NCBI GenBank assembly: GCA_038816475.1
Contig: JAWBAI010000003.1
Span: forward strand, 32,001-96,000
DNA length: 64,000 bases
Reading direction: 5' to 3'
Source: Desulfurococcaceae archaeon
Lineage (GTDB): Archaea > Thermoproteota > Thermoprotei_A > Sulfolobales > Desulfurococcaceae
Position numbers and translations under genes: made by a program. Below the pieces are notes generated by a model. That model did not search any database and was not told the DNA's origin. It saw only the letters and a program-made list of their open reading frames with translations. Shown here piece after piece: positions 10,283-21,023 of this stretch (its first letter is position 1; the number at the start of each line of letters is the position of its first letter).

Positions 10283-10289
10283 TGATCAG

Positions 10290-10706
10290 CTATACAAAGT
10301 ACACGGTTACAGAGTCTTTTCCCTCCCTATCGATGTACACGTTCTTGCGTCCAGGAACTAGAAGCGCTACAATGTTTTCTCCTACAATGGCGTAGTCTAT
10401 CAAAAAACGCCCGGATGGTACAATACTGATAAAATCGCCGACTGAGGTAACGATGCGCTTGATCTGTGCTAAGGTGCTGGATAATTCATCTTGTGCGTTC
10501 TCCGTGCACTTTACACCTCTGTTGTTCTCGAGCTGGATGTAAACGACCTTCTTTTTACCACCACGAATGCCGTGAACACTGGCTTCTCCTGATCCCTTGA
10601 CAATCACAACTCTTTCTCTTATTTCAACGTTGAAGTTAAGCCCTTTTAAGTGTATGGAGTCGGTGGTAAAGGCTACCTCGATGCATTCATCCTTGTATAG
10701 CAACAA
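10290..10706 (-). CDS. Hypothetical beta-rich protein
   Basis: 138-aa ORF filling the gap, with genome-typical codon usage. Confidence 0.65.
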   Translation of the reverse strand: MLLYKDECIEVAFTTDSIHLKGLNFNVEIRERVVIVKGSGEASVHGIRGGKKKVVYIQLENNRGVKCTENAQDELSSTLAQIKRIVTSVGDFISIVPSGRFLIDYAIVGENIVALLVPGRKNVYIDREGKDSVTVYFV

Positions 10707-10802
10707 GCTTCTCTTCAGGTTGGAGCACCTTCTCCATCTTATTTAAGCCTTTTAATACATTTAAACCAAGCCTGGATAACTAGCCTACAATGGTGTTTAA
10801 CT

Positions 10803-11030
10803 ATGGTGAAGAGCAAGACAGAGCTGCTAAGAAGAGAACTCGAGAAGCTGGGGTTCGAACTGTTGGATATTTACAGTTTCAAGGAATCAGACCTCGTAAG
10901 GGTTAGACATAAACATAGTTCAAGCGTTGTTGTATACGAGACTAAGAAGAAGGTAAGCAGCCTAGTAAGCGTAGATGACGCTAGAGCCTTAGCCTTGGAG
11001 ATCGCTAAAAAAGCAGGTGTTGCAAAGTAA
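10803..11030 (+). CDS. Hypothetical small protein
   Basis: 75-aa ORF with GGTG RBS upstream and no competing ORF. Confidence 0.65.
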   Translation: MVKSKTELLRRELEKLGFELLDIYSFKESDLVRVRHKHSSSVVVYETKKKVSSLVSVDDARALALEIAKKAGVAK

Positions 11031-11097
11031 TAGCGCACTCATGCTCCAATGCGAATGCAGATCTATTAAGCTCAACCGAAGAAACGTCTTATCTTCG

Positions 11098-12543
11098 TTA
11101 GCGCCTTATTCTCATCCACGTTGTTTCAAGCCCTTTATCCATAAGCTGTATTCCTAGTTTGCTTAGCTCGCTTCTAATGGTATCCGAGAGGTCGTAAATA
11201 CCTCTTCTACGTAGCTCTTTTCTCACGCTTACAACAATGTTTATAAGTTCGTTCACCAGCTGGTCGCTTTCTGTAACGGTTTCTTCGAATGCGGCGAACA
11301 CGTGATTGAAAGCTCTAAGAGTCTTCATTGCTAAAGCTAGTAGCATATACCTAGGTTTATACTGCAGTTCTCTGAAGATAAAGCTTAGTAAATCGTTTAC
11401 TGCGGCGATCGCTTGCGGTGTATTGAAATCGTCGCTGAGAGCTTCGTGGAATCTTCGGTGCAGAAACAACAGGTACCTAGCGTTGTTTAAATCAACATCG
11501 TTTAGGTAGTGTGGTTCAGGTGCTTCCTCCTGAAGCTTTTTCAGTAGCTCGTACGCCGTAACTACTCTTTCACGTAGCTTCTCAGCCTGTTCGAGGCTTT
11601 CCTCGGAAAACTGCAGTGGTTTTCTGTAATGTAGATGAAGATACCATATTCTTATTGATCCAGGGTTCCATTTTTTGATGGCTTCTTTCAATGGTATTAT
11701 ATTGCCTAAGCTTTTGCTCATCTTATCAGCACCCACGGTTACAAGTCCTGTGTGCATCCATATCGATACCCATGGCTTTACACCGAACAACGCTTCGCTT
11801 TGAGCACGCTCGTTTTCATGGTGCGGAAATATCAAGTCAGTGCCTCCTCCATGAATATCGAAGCGTTCTCCCAGGTACCTAGAGCTCATTACGCTGCATT
11901 CTATGTGCCACCCTGGTCTTCCCTTACCCCACGGGCTCTCCCAGTAGGGTTCACCTGGTTTTGCTGCTTTCCACAGTGCGAAGTCGTAGGGTTTCTTCTT
12001 TTCACTGAGAAACTCTGGTTCTTGATTCCAGAGTTCTTTTTCGAGCCTTCCTGAGAGCCTTCCATAGTCCTCGTACTTATCAACATCAAAGTACACGCTT
12101 CCACTTGGTGCTACGTACGCATAGCCTTTGTCTATTAGGAGTTGTATGAACTCCACTATTTCCTTTATATGATTAGTAACTCTCGGATGATGATCAACTG
12201 TTACTCTCAAGGCATTCAAAGCTTGGAAGTAATCCTTTGTGAACTCCTCTGCGATATCCCTCCAGTCTCTTTTTTCGCTGTGAGCTTTCTTGATTATTTT
12301 ATCATCTATATCTGTTATGTTCATTACGTGTACGACGTTATAGCCTATTAGCGCTAAGTATCTTTTAAGTGCATCGTACACTACGTATGTTCTTCCATGT
12401 CCTATATGCGTGTAATCGTATACGGTTGGACCGCACACGTATATCTTTACAAAGCCTGGTTCTACAGGCTTAAGCTCTTTTTCTTTCTTTTCTAGAGTAT
12501 CGTACAGTCTTATAGTGAATTCCTGGGACACAATACTGATCAA
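11098..12543 (-). CDS. cysS: Cysteinyl-tRNA synthetase
   Basis: [41 protein letters not shown]. Confidence 0.97.
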   Translation of the reverse strand: MISIVSQEFTIRLYDTLEKKEKELKPVEPGFVKIYVCGPTVYDYTHIGHGRTYVVYDALKRYLALIGYNVVHVMNITDIDDKIIKKAHSEKRDWRDIAEEFTKDYFQALNALRVTVDHHPRVTNHIKEIVEFIQLLIDKGYAYVAPSGSVYFDVDKYEDYGRLSGRLEKELWNQEPEFLSEKKKPYDFALWKAAKPGEPYWESPWGKGRPGWHIECSVMSSRYLGERFDIHGGGTDLIFPHHENERAQSEALFGVKPWVSIWMHTGLVTVGADKMSKSLGNIIPLKEAIKKWNPGSIRIWYLHLHYRKPLQFSEESLEQAEKLRERVVTAYELLKKLQEEAPEPHYLNDVDLNNARYLLFLHRRFHEALSDDFNTPQAIAAVNDLLSFIFRELQYKPRYMLLALAMKTLRAFNHVFAAFEETVTESDQLVNELINIVVSVRKELRRRGIYDLSDTIRSELSKLGIQLMDKGLETTWMRIRR

Positions 12544-13268
12544 CCCTTGTAGAATCTAGCAAATACCTCCATTAAAACTTTTCCAAGCTTTAGAAAGGTT
12601 TCCGAGAGTTCTTCCGTTGTTAAAAACACCTTCTGTGCTTCTTCGCTGTGGAGAACATCGCTAATTACGAGCACACACGCGGTTTGGAAACCCCGCATCC
12701 ATCCAAGTGTGAATAGTACAGCAGCCTCCATCTCAACTGCTACTATACCGTAGTGGCTTAGCTTTTCCGCGAAATCTGGTGATTCAGCGTAGAAAGCATC
12801 GCTGGAGAAAACCGGTCCATACTTATACTCCATGTTGTACTCATCAAGGACCTGAATAATACGGCTTGTTAAGAGAGGATCAGCGCCGGTAGCTCCGCAG
12901 TAACCCGGCATGTACTGTCCAATAGCGCAACCACCGGATACATAAGCAGCCGAGGTTGCTACAACAATATCGCCTATTCTAGTATCCTTCCGGATCCCAC
13001 CAGCTGTTCCAAGTCTTACTATTCTCTTTGCACCGAGTTGTGCTAGTTCCTCGAACACTATAGCTGCACTTGGAGCACCAATACCGTGTGTTGCAATGGT
13101 CACCTTTGTACCTTTGTAGTACCCTGTTGTAACCAGTAATCCACGATGAGTGTTCACTACACGGGCGTCCTCGAGTAGCTGTTTAAGAAGCTCTACTCTG
13201 TAGGGGTCTCCCCCAGCGATCACATTACCAGCTATGTCTTCCTTTGAAGCCTTAATATGTACAGGCAC
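12540..13268 (-). CDS. deoD: Purine nucleoside phosphorylase (hexameric PNP/UDP family)
   Basis: HIKA, GDPYR, HGIGAPS, RLGTAG, SSDAFY, VEME; start GTG 13268 inferred. Confidence 0.88.
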   Translation of the reverse strand: MPVHIKASKEDIAGNVIAGGDPYRVELLKQLLEDARVVNTHRGLLVTTGYYKGTKVTIATHGIGAPSAAIVFEELAQLGAKRIVRLGTAGGIRKDTRIGDIVVATSAAYVSGGCAIGQYMPGYCGATGADPLLTSRIIQVLDEYNMEYKYGPVFSSDAFYAESPDFAEKLSHYGIVAVEMEAAVLFTLGWMRGFQTACVLVISDVLHSEEAQKVFLTTEELSETFLKLGKVLMEVFARFYKG

Positions 13269-13436
13269 ACCGATCAACCGCGAACAGCAGATTTCAACTC
13301 GTTGTGAGTGGATCAATCTTCTTAATTAAATACCTGTTTTATAACGTTCTTGCATTGAGAGAAGATTTCGGAGATAATTTTAACTTGGGTTTTCCAGAGT
13401 TAATTATTGGGCTGAGGTAAGAACACCATTAAGGGG

Positions 13437-13931
13437 TTGCATGTGGAGGTAAGATTACTGAAGATTCCCGTCAGAATTCCGGAGAAAGCCAACGTGATCA
13501 TAGGTAGAAGCCACTTCATAAAAACCGTAGAGGACATCTACGAAACCCTGGTTACAAGTGTTCCCGGCATAAAGTTCGGCCTAGCCTTCAACGAGGCAAG
13601 TGGAAAAAGACTTGTAAGATACGAAGGCAACGATGAAGAACTAGTGAAGGCAGCGATAGAAACTGCTCTGAATATAGGAGCAGGTCATACATTCGTTCTA
13701 TTCATTAGAAACGCGTATCCCATAAACATTCTAAACCAGTTGAAGAACGTGCACGAAGTTGTATCACTGTACGTTGCTACAGGTAATCCTATTGAAGTTA
13801 TAGTTGCTGAAACCGAACAGGGGAGAACGATATTAGGCGTGGTAGATGGGTACCCACCGCTGGGTGTTGAAACTGAGGAAGATAAGGTAGAAAGAAGAGA
13901 ATTTCTGAGAAAAATAGGTTACAAGAAGTAA
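13437..13931 (+). CDS. Adenosine-specific kinase family (DUF355)
   Basis: [41 protein letters not shown]. Confidence 0.88.
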   Translation: MHVEVRLLKIPVRIPEKANVIIGRSHFIKTVEDIYETLVTSVPGIKFGLAFNEASGKRLVRYEGNDEELVKAAIETALNIGAGHTFVLFIRNAYPINILNQLKNVHEVVSLYVATGNPIEVIVAETEQGRTILGVVDGYPPLGVETEEDKVERREFLRKIGYKK

Positions 13932-13970
13932 AAATGCCTCGTTCTCACAAGAACGTACTATAGAGTAAAC

Positions 13971-14267
13971 CTAGTCTGCTGACTCGCTTAGAATCTTAGT
14001 GACATACCCAATGGCTGTATCTTCCATTATTTTTACTATTTTAACTCTTACTCTAGAACCACTGGTTGCATTGGGTATAATTATTTTTACTCCTTTATAG
14101 TTGACTAGTCCTCTACCTTTATCATCAATATCGTAGATGTTAACCGTTATCTCTTCTCCTACTCTTAAACTAGGTGTTTCTCTCGTGTTTATCTGCGGAT
14201 ATATGCTCAGTCTTCTAATATCGCTTGTATATGGATTCCAGTGTTGCTTTCTTGTAGACCTAGACAA
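13971..14267 (-). CDS. Stand-alone TRAM-domain RNA-binding protein
   Basis: VGEEITVNI..G.G....G..IIIP.A..G..VRVKI TRAM pattern. Confidence 0.8.
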   Translation of the reverse strand: MSRSTRKQHWNPYTSDIRRLSIYPQINTRETPSLRVGEEITVNIYDIDDKGRGLVNYKGVKIIIPNATSGSRVRVKIVKIMEDTAIGYVTKILSESAD

Positions 14268-14340
14268 CTTTGTACACAGCCTCGGCAGACACGCAATTCA
14301 CTTAAGATTAAAGCTTCTTAAATATTTTCAGGGTGTTAAC

Positions 14341-14922
14341 TTGGCGATCGACTTCTTAAGGCACATAGTAAACCCGGTAATAAACAACTACGTAGGTAAA
14401 GGCTTAGCACCTAAAACAGCGAACGAGCTAAAGAAGATCATTGCGAGTTTAGAGAACAAGTATAAGTTCGACGCTTTTTCAGGGGATCCAGCAAACTTGC
14501 TACTATTCTTTGAATCGCAGGATTTCGAGCAGTTGGTAAGCATCTTTAGGTCGTTCAATGCAGAGCACGTGCTTATTGAAATACTGGAGAAAACAAAGGA
14601 GGCGTACAGGGATATTCCCCGGCTCTCGGAAACCGTGGAGTTGATACTGAAGAAACTTGCTGTAGCCAAGAAAGAACAGGTCGATGAGCTTGTGAGTCTC
14701 AGTGATATTGTGAGGATCATTGAGAAGCATGTACCTGCTACGCGGGTTAACTCGGAGAAGAGCACTATTACCGTGACATTGAACAACGCTACTGAAGCTA
14801 AGATACATGTACTTAAAAACAGCATTAAACTCGAATTTAAAATAAGAACGCTGAAGAAAAACGAGTTGAAAATCCACCTTGAAAAGGCGAAGTTTCTTGT
14901 GGAGAAAATTAGTAGTATTTGA
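14341..14922 (+). CDS. Hypothetical protein
   Basis: Probable TTG start at 14341 after GGGTG RBS; the upstream part of the track ORF is antisense to the TRAM gene. Confidence 0.65.
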   Translation: MAIDFLRHIVNPVINNYVGKGLAPKTANELKKIIASLENKYKFDAFSGDPANLLLFFESQDFEQLVSIFRSFNAEHVLIEILEKTKEAYRDIPRLSETVELILKKLAVAKKEQVDELVSLSDIVRIIEKHVPATRVNSEKSTITVTLNNATEAKIHVLKNSIKLEFKIRTLKKNELKIHLEKAKFLVEKISSI

Positions 14923-15541
14923 TTGTGATGGTGTTCTAACGGAGAGTAGAAGTAGTTGGGAGGTTTTGCACGAATACTTTGGAAGCGGGGATAACAAGTA
15001 CTTCGCGGAACTCTACAAGCGTGGAATGATAACTTACTTGGATTGGATGAAGATAGACATAGCTTTGATGATAAATAGTTGGAAGAAACCGATACTGAAA
15101 GAGGACGTTGTTAGAGCGCTTTCCAGTATCAAGTTAAAGCCCTCATCGATTAAAGTAGTGAACGAACTGAGAAAAAGAGGTGTTCTACTGGCAGTTGTTA
15201 GTAGTGGCGTCGATATTCTGGTTAAACGAGTCTGTGAACACCTCGGCATAGACTTATGTTTTTACAACGAGCTCATGTTCGTAGATAACGAGCTGTTACC
15301 TGGAGGGGTAGACAGAGTGCCACTTAAAGAAAAACCGAAGATCATAGAGAAATTAGCTGTAGAGAGCGGAGTAGATCTCACCAACACAGTGTATGTAGGA
15401 GATAGCGAATGGGACATTGAGGTATTCAAGATCGTGGGTCTTCCTGTAGCGGTGGAACCATGTGGTAAAGCGTGTCAGTACGCGAAATACGTGATCAGGG
15501 ACCTGGAGGAGCTGCTTAATATCCCAGAACTTCAAGAATGA
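14879..15541 (+). CDS. HAD-superfamily phosphatase (SerB-like, HAD-IB)
   Basis: FDCDGVL, VSSG, K, YVGDSEWD. Confidence 0.88.
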   Translation: MKRRSFLWRKLVVFDCDGVLTESRSSWEVLHEYFGSGDNKYFAELYKRGMITYLDWMKIDIALMINSWKKPILKEDVVRALSSIKLKPSSIKVVNELRKRGVLLAVVSSGVDILVKRVCEHLGIDLCFYNELMFVDNELLPGGVDRVPLKEKPKIIEKLAVESGVDLTNTVYVGDSEWDIEVFKIVGLPVAVEPCGKACQYAKYVIRDLEELLNIPELQE

Positions 15542-15607
15542 AAACGAAAATCGAGTAATACTTACTAGCGTAATAGGGGCTTTTCAGAGAAAAACAATGG
15601 GGTCCCG

Positions 15608-16741
15608 TTGATCGACTGGTTTATTACACTATTACACGTACGACCGGATGCTATTACAGTATGGAATGACCCCGAGGTCAAGCAGAGACTTTCTCACTAT
15701 TACCGAGTTATGAAAAATGAAATTCCAGCAAAGTTCCTAGTTATAAAGAGAGTAGGCGTAGATGTTAATCCTTACTCGCAGGATCTAACGTTGGAAGAAC
15801 TATGGAGTATACACAACAAGGCTTCAACAGAGTTCAGAAGTATCTATAAGGACGTTGTTGAGCATGCTGAAGACATAAGCAAGTACGAAGAACCAAAATA
15901 CAGCTATTTGGATGTTAAAGTATCAATAGCGTACAGGCTCTATAGCCCATGTAGACTTTGTGAAAGAAAATGTGGTGCTCTTAGAAGCGAGGGAAAACCG
16001 GGTGTTTGTCTGGTTGATAAAGAAGCCATAGTGCACAGCTATTTTCATCACATGGGTGAAGAAGCACCACTTGTACCCAGTGGCACGATCTTCTACGGTG
16101 GTTGCAACTTCAAATGCGTCTTCTGCCAAAACTACGACATAAGCCAGGTAAATGCTAGAAACGGTGATAGAGTTTCACCCAGAGAACTAGCATCAATACA
16201 GGCATACCTAAGAAGAAGCGGAGCTCGCAATATAAACCATGTTGGAGGTGAACCAACGCCCCACTTGCCATTCATACTGGAAAGCCTCAAGTACCTAGAT
16301 GTAAACGTTCCTCAACTATGGAATAGCAATATGTACATGACTCTTGAGTCCACCAACCTACTGGTAGATGTAATAGACATCTGGCTACCCGATCTCAAGT
16401 ACGGAAATAACGAGTGTGCCTGGAGGTTAAGTAAGGTTAGAAACTACTGGGAGATAACAACACGTAACATAAAAATAGCACATGATACAGGTGATATAAT
16501 AATCAGGCATCTGGTTCTTCCCAACCATATTGAGTGCTGTACAAGAACAGCCTTAGAGTGGATAGCGAAGAACGCTCCAAGAGCATTAGTTAATGTGATG
16601 GAGCAGTATAGACCAGAGCACATAGTTGCTAAGTACCCTAAGCTATACCCCGATATTGCTCGAAGACCTAAGCGCGAGGAGATATACGTGGCGTACAAAA
16701 TAGCGGAAGAGCTGGGGTTGGTTTACAAACCGGTATCATAA
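15608..16741 (+). CDS. Radical SAM protein, PflX-like
   Basis: CRLCERKC auxiliary motif, HMGEE, CNFKCVFCQN, GGEP, IRHLVLP. Confidence 0.9.
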   Translation: MIDWFITLLHVRPDAITVWNDPEVKQRLSHYYRVMKNEIPAKFLVIKRVGVDVNPYSQDLTLEELWSIHNKASTEFRSIYKDVVEHAEDISKYEEPKYSYLDVKVSIAYRLYSPCRLCERKCGALRSEGKPGVCLVDKEAIVHSYFHHMGEEAPLVPSGTIFYGGCNFKCVFCQNYDISQVNARNGDRVSPRELASIQAYLRRSGARNINHVGGEPTPHLPFILESLKYLDVNVPQLWNSNMYMTLESTNLLVDVIDIWLPDLKYGNNECAWRLSKVRNYWEITTRNIKIAHDTGDIIIRHLVLPNHIECCTRTALEWIAKNAPRALVNVMEQYRPEHIVAKYPKLYPDIARRPKREEIYVAYKIAEELGLVYKPVS

Positions 16742-16745
16742 TCTG

Positions 16746-17108
16746 GTGTTTGATCACATGTTGAGTGGGAATTTCAGCAATGAGGATGTCGAAGAGTACT
16801 ACTTCGACGATTACTACAGGGTCGTTGTAGTTAGAGACGAGCAAGATCACATTGTATCCGTAGATGTTTACAGACCTACGTGGAAATATGACTCTTACGA
16901 GTCCATTTGCGTTGAGAACGTGTGCCTATTAATGAGTGTACTAAGAAATCCGGAGATCTCAGCTATCCACGGAGTTAAGAAAATCATTGTAATAGGAGTC
17001 AAAGTAAACGAAAAAGTGGAAACTGTGAACGTCAAGTGGATAGTTGATCACAAGCCCTCGCGAAGCGAAGTAGAGGCGATGTATAGGGAATCATGGAGAC
17101 TAGTTTAG
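16746..17108 (+). CDS. Hypothetical protein
   Basis: 120-aa ORF directly downstream of the PflX-like gene. Confidence 0.65.
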   Translation: MFDHMLSGNFSNEDVEEYYFDDYYRVVVVRDEQDHIVSVDVYRPTWKYDSYESICVENVCLLMSVLRNPEISAIHGVKKIIVIGVKVNEKVETVNVKWIVDHKPSRSEVEAMYRESWRLV

Positions 17109-17242
17109 CTATAGAGAGAGGCTAGTGGAAAACGACCCAACCTCAATTGACCAACACTTTAGCCTGCACAACTGCTAAAGGCAACATGGAGCATAGACAA
17201 CCTATACATATTAATAATGGAGAATAGCATAAAAGCATAGGA

Positions 17243-19705
17243 GTGTCCGAAGGAGACTCAAATATGCAGAGAAACTTCAGACCAAAAATACAGTTAACAA
17301 GGTGGACTCCAGATAAGGAGCTCGAATTGATAAAGAAATGGGACGAGGAAAAACTGTACGAGTTTAAGTTTTCTCTTGATGACCCTAGAGAGATAATAGT
17401 CATAGATACTCCACCACCATATCCTAGTGGTAAGTGGCATGTAGGTGGTGCAGCCCACTACGCTCAGATCGACATGATTGCCAGGTACTTCAGGATGAAA
17501 GGTTACAACGTTCTCGTGCCTTTTTACGCAGATAGGAATGGTTTACCCGTGGAAGTTCAAGTCGAAAAAGTGTACAAGGTAAACCCCCACGAGCTATCCA
17601 AAACCCGCGAAGGACGCTTAAAGTTCCTTGAGCTATGCAAGCAGTTCCTAGACAAGGTCGAAGAGGAGATCGTCGACGTCTGGAGAAGAATGGGTTGTAG
17701 TTTTCAGTATTGGACGAATGGTACTGATAGCGACGAGTACCGTAAACTCACACAAGCAACATTCATAGAGCTCTACAAACGTGGTTTAGTGTACAGAGCT
17801 GAACGCCCTGTTAACTGGTGCCCGAGATGTAAAACCACACTCGCTGATGCTGAGCTTGAGTATGAGGAAAAAGAAGGTTACCTCTACTACCTGAAGTTTG
17901 AAATCAAGGAAACCGGAGAATACGTGATTGTGGCAACCACGAGACCTGAGCTACTTAAATCATGTAAAGCTCTAGCGTATAATCCACGAGATGAAAGATA
18001 CCTCGGATTGCACAACTTGCATGCTATCAATCCTCTCTATGGTCACCAAATGCCTATTCTAGCTCACGAGCTCGTAGACCCAGGCTTTGGAACAGGACTT
18101 GTCATGGTGTGTAGCTACGGCGATCACGCTGATGTAGTAATGTTCAGAGATCTACGGCTAGAACCAGAGATCGTAATAAACGACGAGGGTATCCTAACGG
18201 AGAACGCAGGTCCTCTCGCAGGGCTCCCAGTTGAGGAGGCCAGAAAGAAGGCGGTAGAACTCTTGGAGGAAAAGAAATTTGTTGTCAAGAAGGAGAAGAT
18301 CGTCCATAGAGTACCTGTTTGCTGGAGGTGTAAAACACCGGTTCAGATCATACATGCAAAGGAGTGGTTCTTAAAGCAGTTAGAGTTTAAAGATGAGCTT
18401 CTCCAGATCATCGACAAAATCGAGTTTAAACCACTCATGCACAAAGCTAAGCTGGTTAGCTGGATAAACACCGTTTCAGCTGACTGGCCTATAAGCAGAG
18501 ACAGGTACTATGGAACTGAGATACCTGTTTGGATGTGTAAAAGATGCAGTAGCGTGCTGTTGCCTAGCCCGGGGAGATACTATCGTCCATGGCTTGAAGA
18601 ACCCCCATGGGAAAAATGCCCAAACTGTGGTGCACCTCGAAGTGAACTAGCTGGTGAAACAAAAGTCTTTGATACATGGTTTGATAGCAGTATATCTGTT
18701 CTCTACGTTGCAGGGTACATGAAGAACAATGAGCTGTTTGAAAGAGCGTTCAAAAACACGCTTAGACCACAAGGACAAGACATCATCAGGACTTGGTTGT
18801 ACTACTCGATACTCAGAGTATACCAGTTGCTGGGTGAACCCGCTTTTAGATGGGTTAGAATAACTGGTATGGGTCTAGACGAGAAAGGCGAAGCTATGCA
18901 CAAGTCAAAGGGCAATGTGATAGATCCTGAACCGTTTCTCGAAAAATACGGTGCGGATGCGTTCAGATACTGGGCAGCTGCAAGTGCAAAGCTTGGCTAC
19001 GACTACAGGTTTAGTGAGGCGATGATCAGAACAGGGCTAATGTTTGCAACGAAGCTGTGGAACCTCGCAAGATACATCTCAGCGTTCCCAGAGCCGGACG
19101 AGTATGAGCTTAGACCAATAGATAAAGCCACATTAGCTCTGTTCAACAGATTAATAATCGATGTTGATAAGTACTATAGTGAACTAGACGTCTTTGAACC
19201 AATAACATTGATTTACAAGTTTGCATGGAATTACTTTGCATCACACTATGTTGAGCTAACGAAGTCCAGAGCTTACAATAAGAGCGGTAAGTACAGTGAG
19301 CTCGAGCAGAAGGGAACGTGGTATACACTACACTATATTCTCAGGAGACTACTGATAATTCTAGCACCCATAATGCCGTTCGTTACAGATGGAATCTACC
19401 GGGAGCTCTATGGAAAGTCCGTACACACTGAAAACTTTCCATTACCTGAGAGAACGTACTTGGAGATATCATACGATCTAGCAATGAAAGTTCAAGACGT
19501 GAACCATGCTATATGGAAGTACAAGAAGAACAGCGGAATGAGGCTTAACGAACCACTGAAGAAGAGAATTTACCTACCGACGGATCTGGCGTTGGTGAAA
19601 GAAGAACTAGTAGACTTGCATCATCTGGAAAGCATTGAGTTCTACAGCGTTAAACCACCGGAGAATACCGTGGATATAGGCTATGGTGTTTACGTGGAGT
19701 ATTAA
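17243..19705 (+). CDS. valS: Valyl-tRNA synthetase
   Basis: DTPPPYPSG.WHVGG, NWCPRCKT, ATTRPE, DWPISR, DTWFDSS, AMHKS. Confidence 0.95.
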   Translation: MSEGDSNMQRNFRPKIQLTRWTPDKELELIKKWDEEKLYEFKFSLDDPREIIVIDTPPPYPSGKWHVGGAAHYAQIDMIARYFRMKGYNVLVPFYADRNGLPVEVQVEKVYKVNPHELSKTREGRLKFLELCKQFLDKVEEEIVDVWRRMGCSFQYWTNGTDSDEYRKLTQATFIELYKRGLVYRAERPVNWCPRCKTTLADAELEYEEKEGYLYYLKFEIKETGEYVIVATTRPELLKSCKALAYNPRDERYLGLHNLHAINPLYGHQMPILAHELVDPGFGTGLVMVCSYGDHADVVMFRDLRLEPEIVINDEGILTENAGPLAGLPVEEARKKAVELLEEKKFVVKKEKIVHRVPVCWRCKTPVQIIHAKEWFLKQLEFKDELLQIIDKIEFKPLMHKAKLVSWINTVSADWPISRDRYYGTEIPVWMCKRCSSVLLPSPGRYYRPWLEEPPWEKCPNCGAPRSELAGETKVFDTWFDSSISVLYVAGYMKNNELFERAFKNTLRPQGQDIIRTWLYYSILRVYQLLGEPAFRWVRITGMGLDEKGEAMHKSKGNVIDPEPFLEKYGADAFRYWAAASAKLGYDYRFSEAMIRTGLMFATKLWNLARYISAFPEPDEYELRPIDKATLALFNRLIIDVDKYYSELDVFEPITLIYKFAWNYFASHYVELTKSRAYNKSGKYSELEQKGTWYTLHYILRRLLIILAPIMPFVTDGIYRELYGKSVHTENFPLPERTYLEISYDLAMKVQDVNHAIWKYKKNSGMRLNEPLKKRIYLPTDLALVKEELVDLHHLESIEFYSVKPPENTVDIGYGVYVEY

Positions 19706-20385
19706 CGTAGTGTACGTCTGTTTTGATCCACATGGATAAACCGAGTTAAACTCCACGAGAGTCTTTTAATTGTGGTACTGAAAGGACGCTTACCGAACAC
19801 TGGTTTTACCCGCCCTTTTCTGATAGCGTTGAGCACTGATTCTACTCTTAGGTCGTCTACTTCTATAAGAGTGTATGCTACTCCGATCTCCTCTAGAACA
19901 TGAGCATCGCTATTCGCTAAACCAGGTTTTCCAAGGATCTTGGCAGCCTCCATAGCTTTGTAGTTAGAGCCTCTAGTAGATGAAGCGTTCCACACTTCTA
20001 TAGCATCCCACTCACTGTACTCATATATTGCTTCTCCTACACCGAGCCTAGCAATATCGAAGGGATGCGCGGGAACAACTATGCAGTTCTCACTGTGGGC
20101 CTTCTCGATCAGGTTTTCGATTTTACGTGGAAAATCTATTTCCTTCTCGCAGTATACAAGAACATCACCCTTGTCGGTTCTAACCTCAACACCCGGTATG
20201 ACCAGTATACCTCTTGAGTAGCTTTCCGCGTACCTAGTAGCAATAGTACTACCGAGGAACGTATCGTGATCCGTGATCGATACTACCTGTAGCCCTATAT
20301 TCAAGGCTTGTAAAACTACTTCAGGAGGACCCGCTCTACCATCGCTACACGTGGTGTGTATGTGCATGTCAGCTTTAATCAGCAC
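19702..20385 (-). CDS. PHP-domain phosphoesterase
   Basis: DMHIHT.CSDG, ITDHD, GVE, AHP, NSDAH. Confidence 0.9.
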   Translation of the reverse strand: MLIKADMHIHTTCSDGRAGPPEVVLQALNIGLQVVSITDHDTFLGSTIATRYAESYSRGILVIPGVEVRTDKGDVLVYCEKEIDFPRKIENLIEKAHSENCIVVPAHPFDIARLGVGEAIYEYSEWDAIEVWNASSTRGSNYKAMEAAKILGKPGLANSDAHVLEEIGVAYTLIEVDDLRVESVLNAIRKGRVKPVFGKRPFSTTIKRLSWSLTRFIHVDQNRRTLR

Positions 20386-20478
20386 TCAAAGCACCTTATA
20401 ATCAAGCTGTATGTGCTTTAAGCATGTTTTGCTAATAAACATTTATTGAGCATTCACTATGGCTGATCTAGGTAGGAG

Positions 20479-20727
20479 TTGATGAGAGTCTTCGTTGAAA
20501 TAGACTATGGAAAGTGCAATACATGTAAATTGTGTGTTGAGTACTGTCCTGCTTTCGTATTCACCTTGGAGGAGAACAGAGTTGTGGTAGCAAATGGTGA
20601 CAAGTGCGTTGAGTGCTACGGATGTGTTCCTCTTTGCCCTCAGGGTGCTATAAGTGTAAGAATTGTGAACGAGTCCTCAGGAAGCCTGTTCTCCTTCTTT
20701 AAGAAACCTGGAACACGCGGAGGTTAG
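20479..20727 (+). CDS. 2x[4Fe-4S] ferredoxin
   Basis: CNTCKLCVEYCP and CVECYGCVPLCP. Confidence 0.9.
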   Translation: MMRVFVEIDYGKCNTCKLCVEYCPAFVFTLEENRVVVANGDKCVECYGCVPLCPQGAISVRIVNESSGSLFSFFKKPGTRGG

Positions 20728-20960
20728 TAATACGGTTTCAGTTCACTCTTGCAAAACGGGCATTTGTAATGTAGAGTTCTCGCATCAGCAGCGCAGAAGT
20801 ACGCTTTTATCTTATGCTCCAGGCACTTTGGACAATAGTATATGTTCTTCAGGTCGTAACCATGGAAGAAATCTAGTGTTGTTGCACATATAATGCACTT
20901 TTCCGTTGTCCAGCCCTTGTGTCCTGTTTTATTCGATCCGCGGAGCAGTCCAACGGTCAT
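20724..20960 (-). CDS. Small zinc-finger protein
   Basis: CIIC, CPKC, CAAD, CPFC; ATG 20960 preceded by GGTG. Confidence 0.75.
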   Translation of the reverse strand: MTVGLLRGSNKTGHKGWTTEKCIICATTLDFFHGYDLKNIYYCPKCLEHKIKAYFCAADARTLHYKCPFCKSELKPYY

Positions 20961-21023
20961 ATCTATAACACCTAACAAGCCCTGATATGTATAAGGGGTT
21001 TTAAATAATGGTGCTGTAATGCT

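Noticed and set aside
14388-14997. Long antisense ORFs (145 and 164 aa)
   Set aside because: Shadow frames of the + strand genes, with no motifs.
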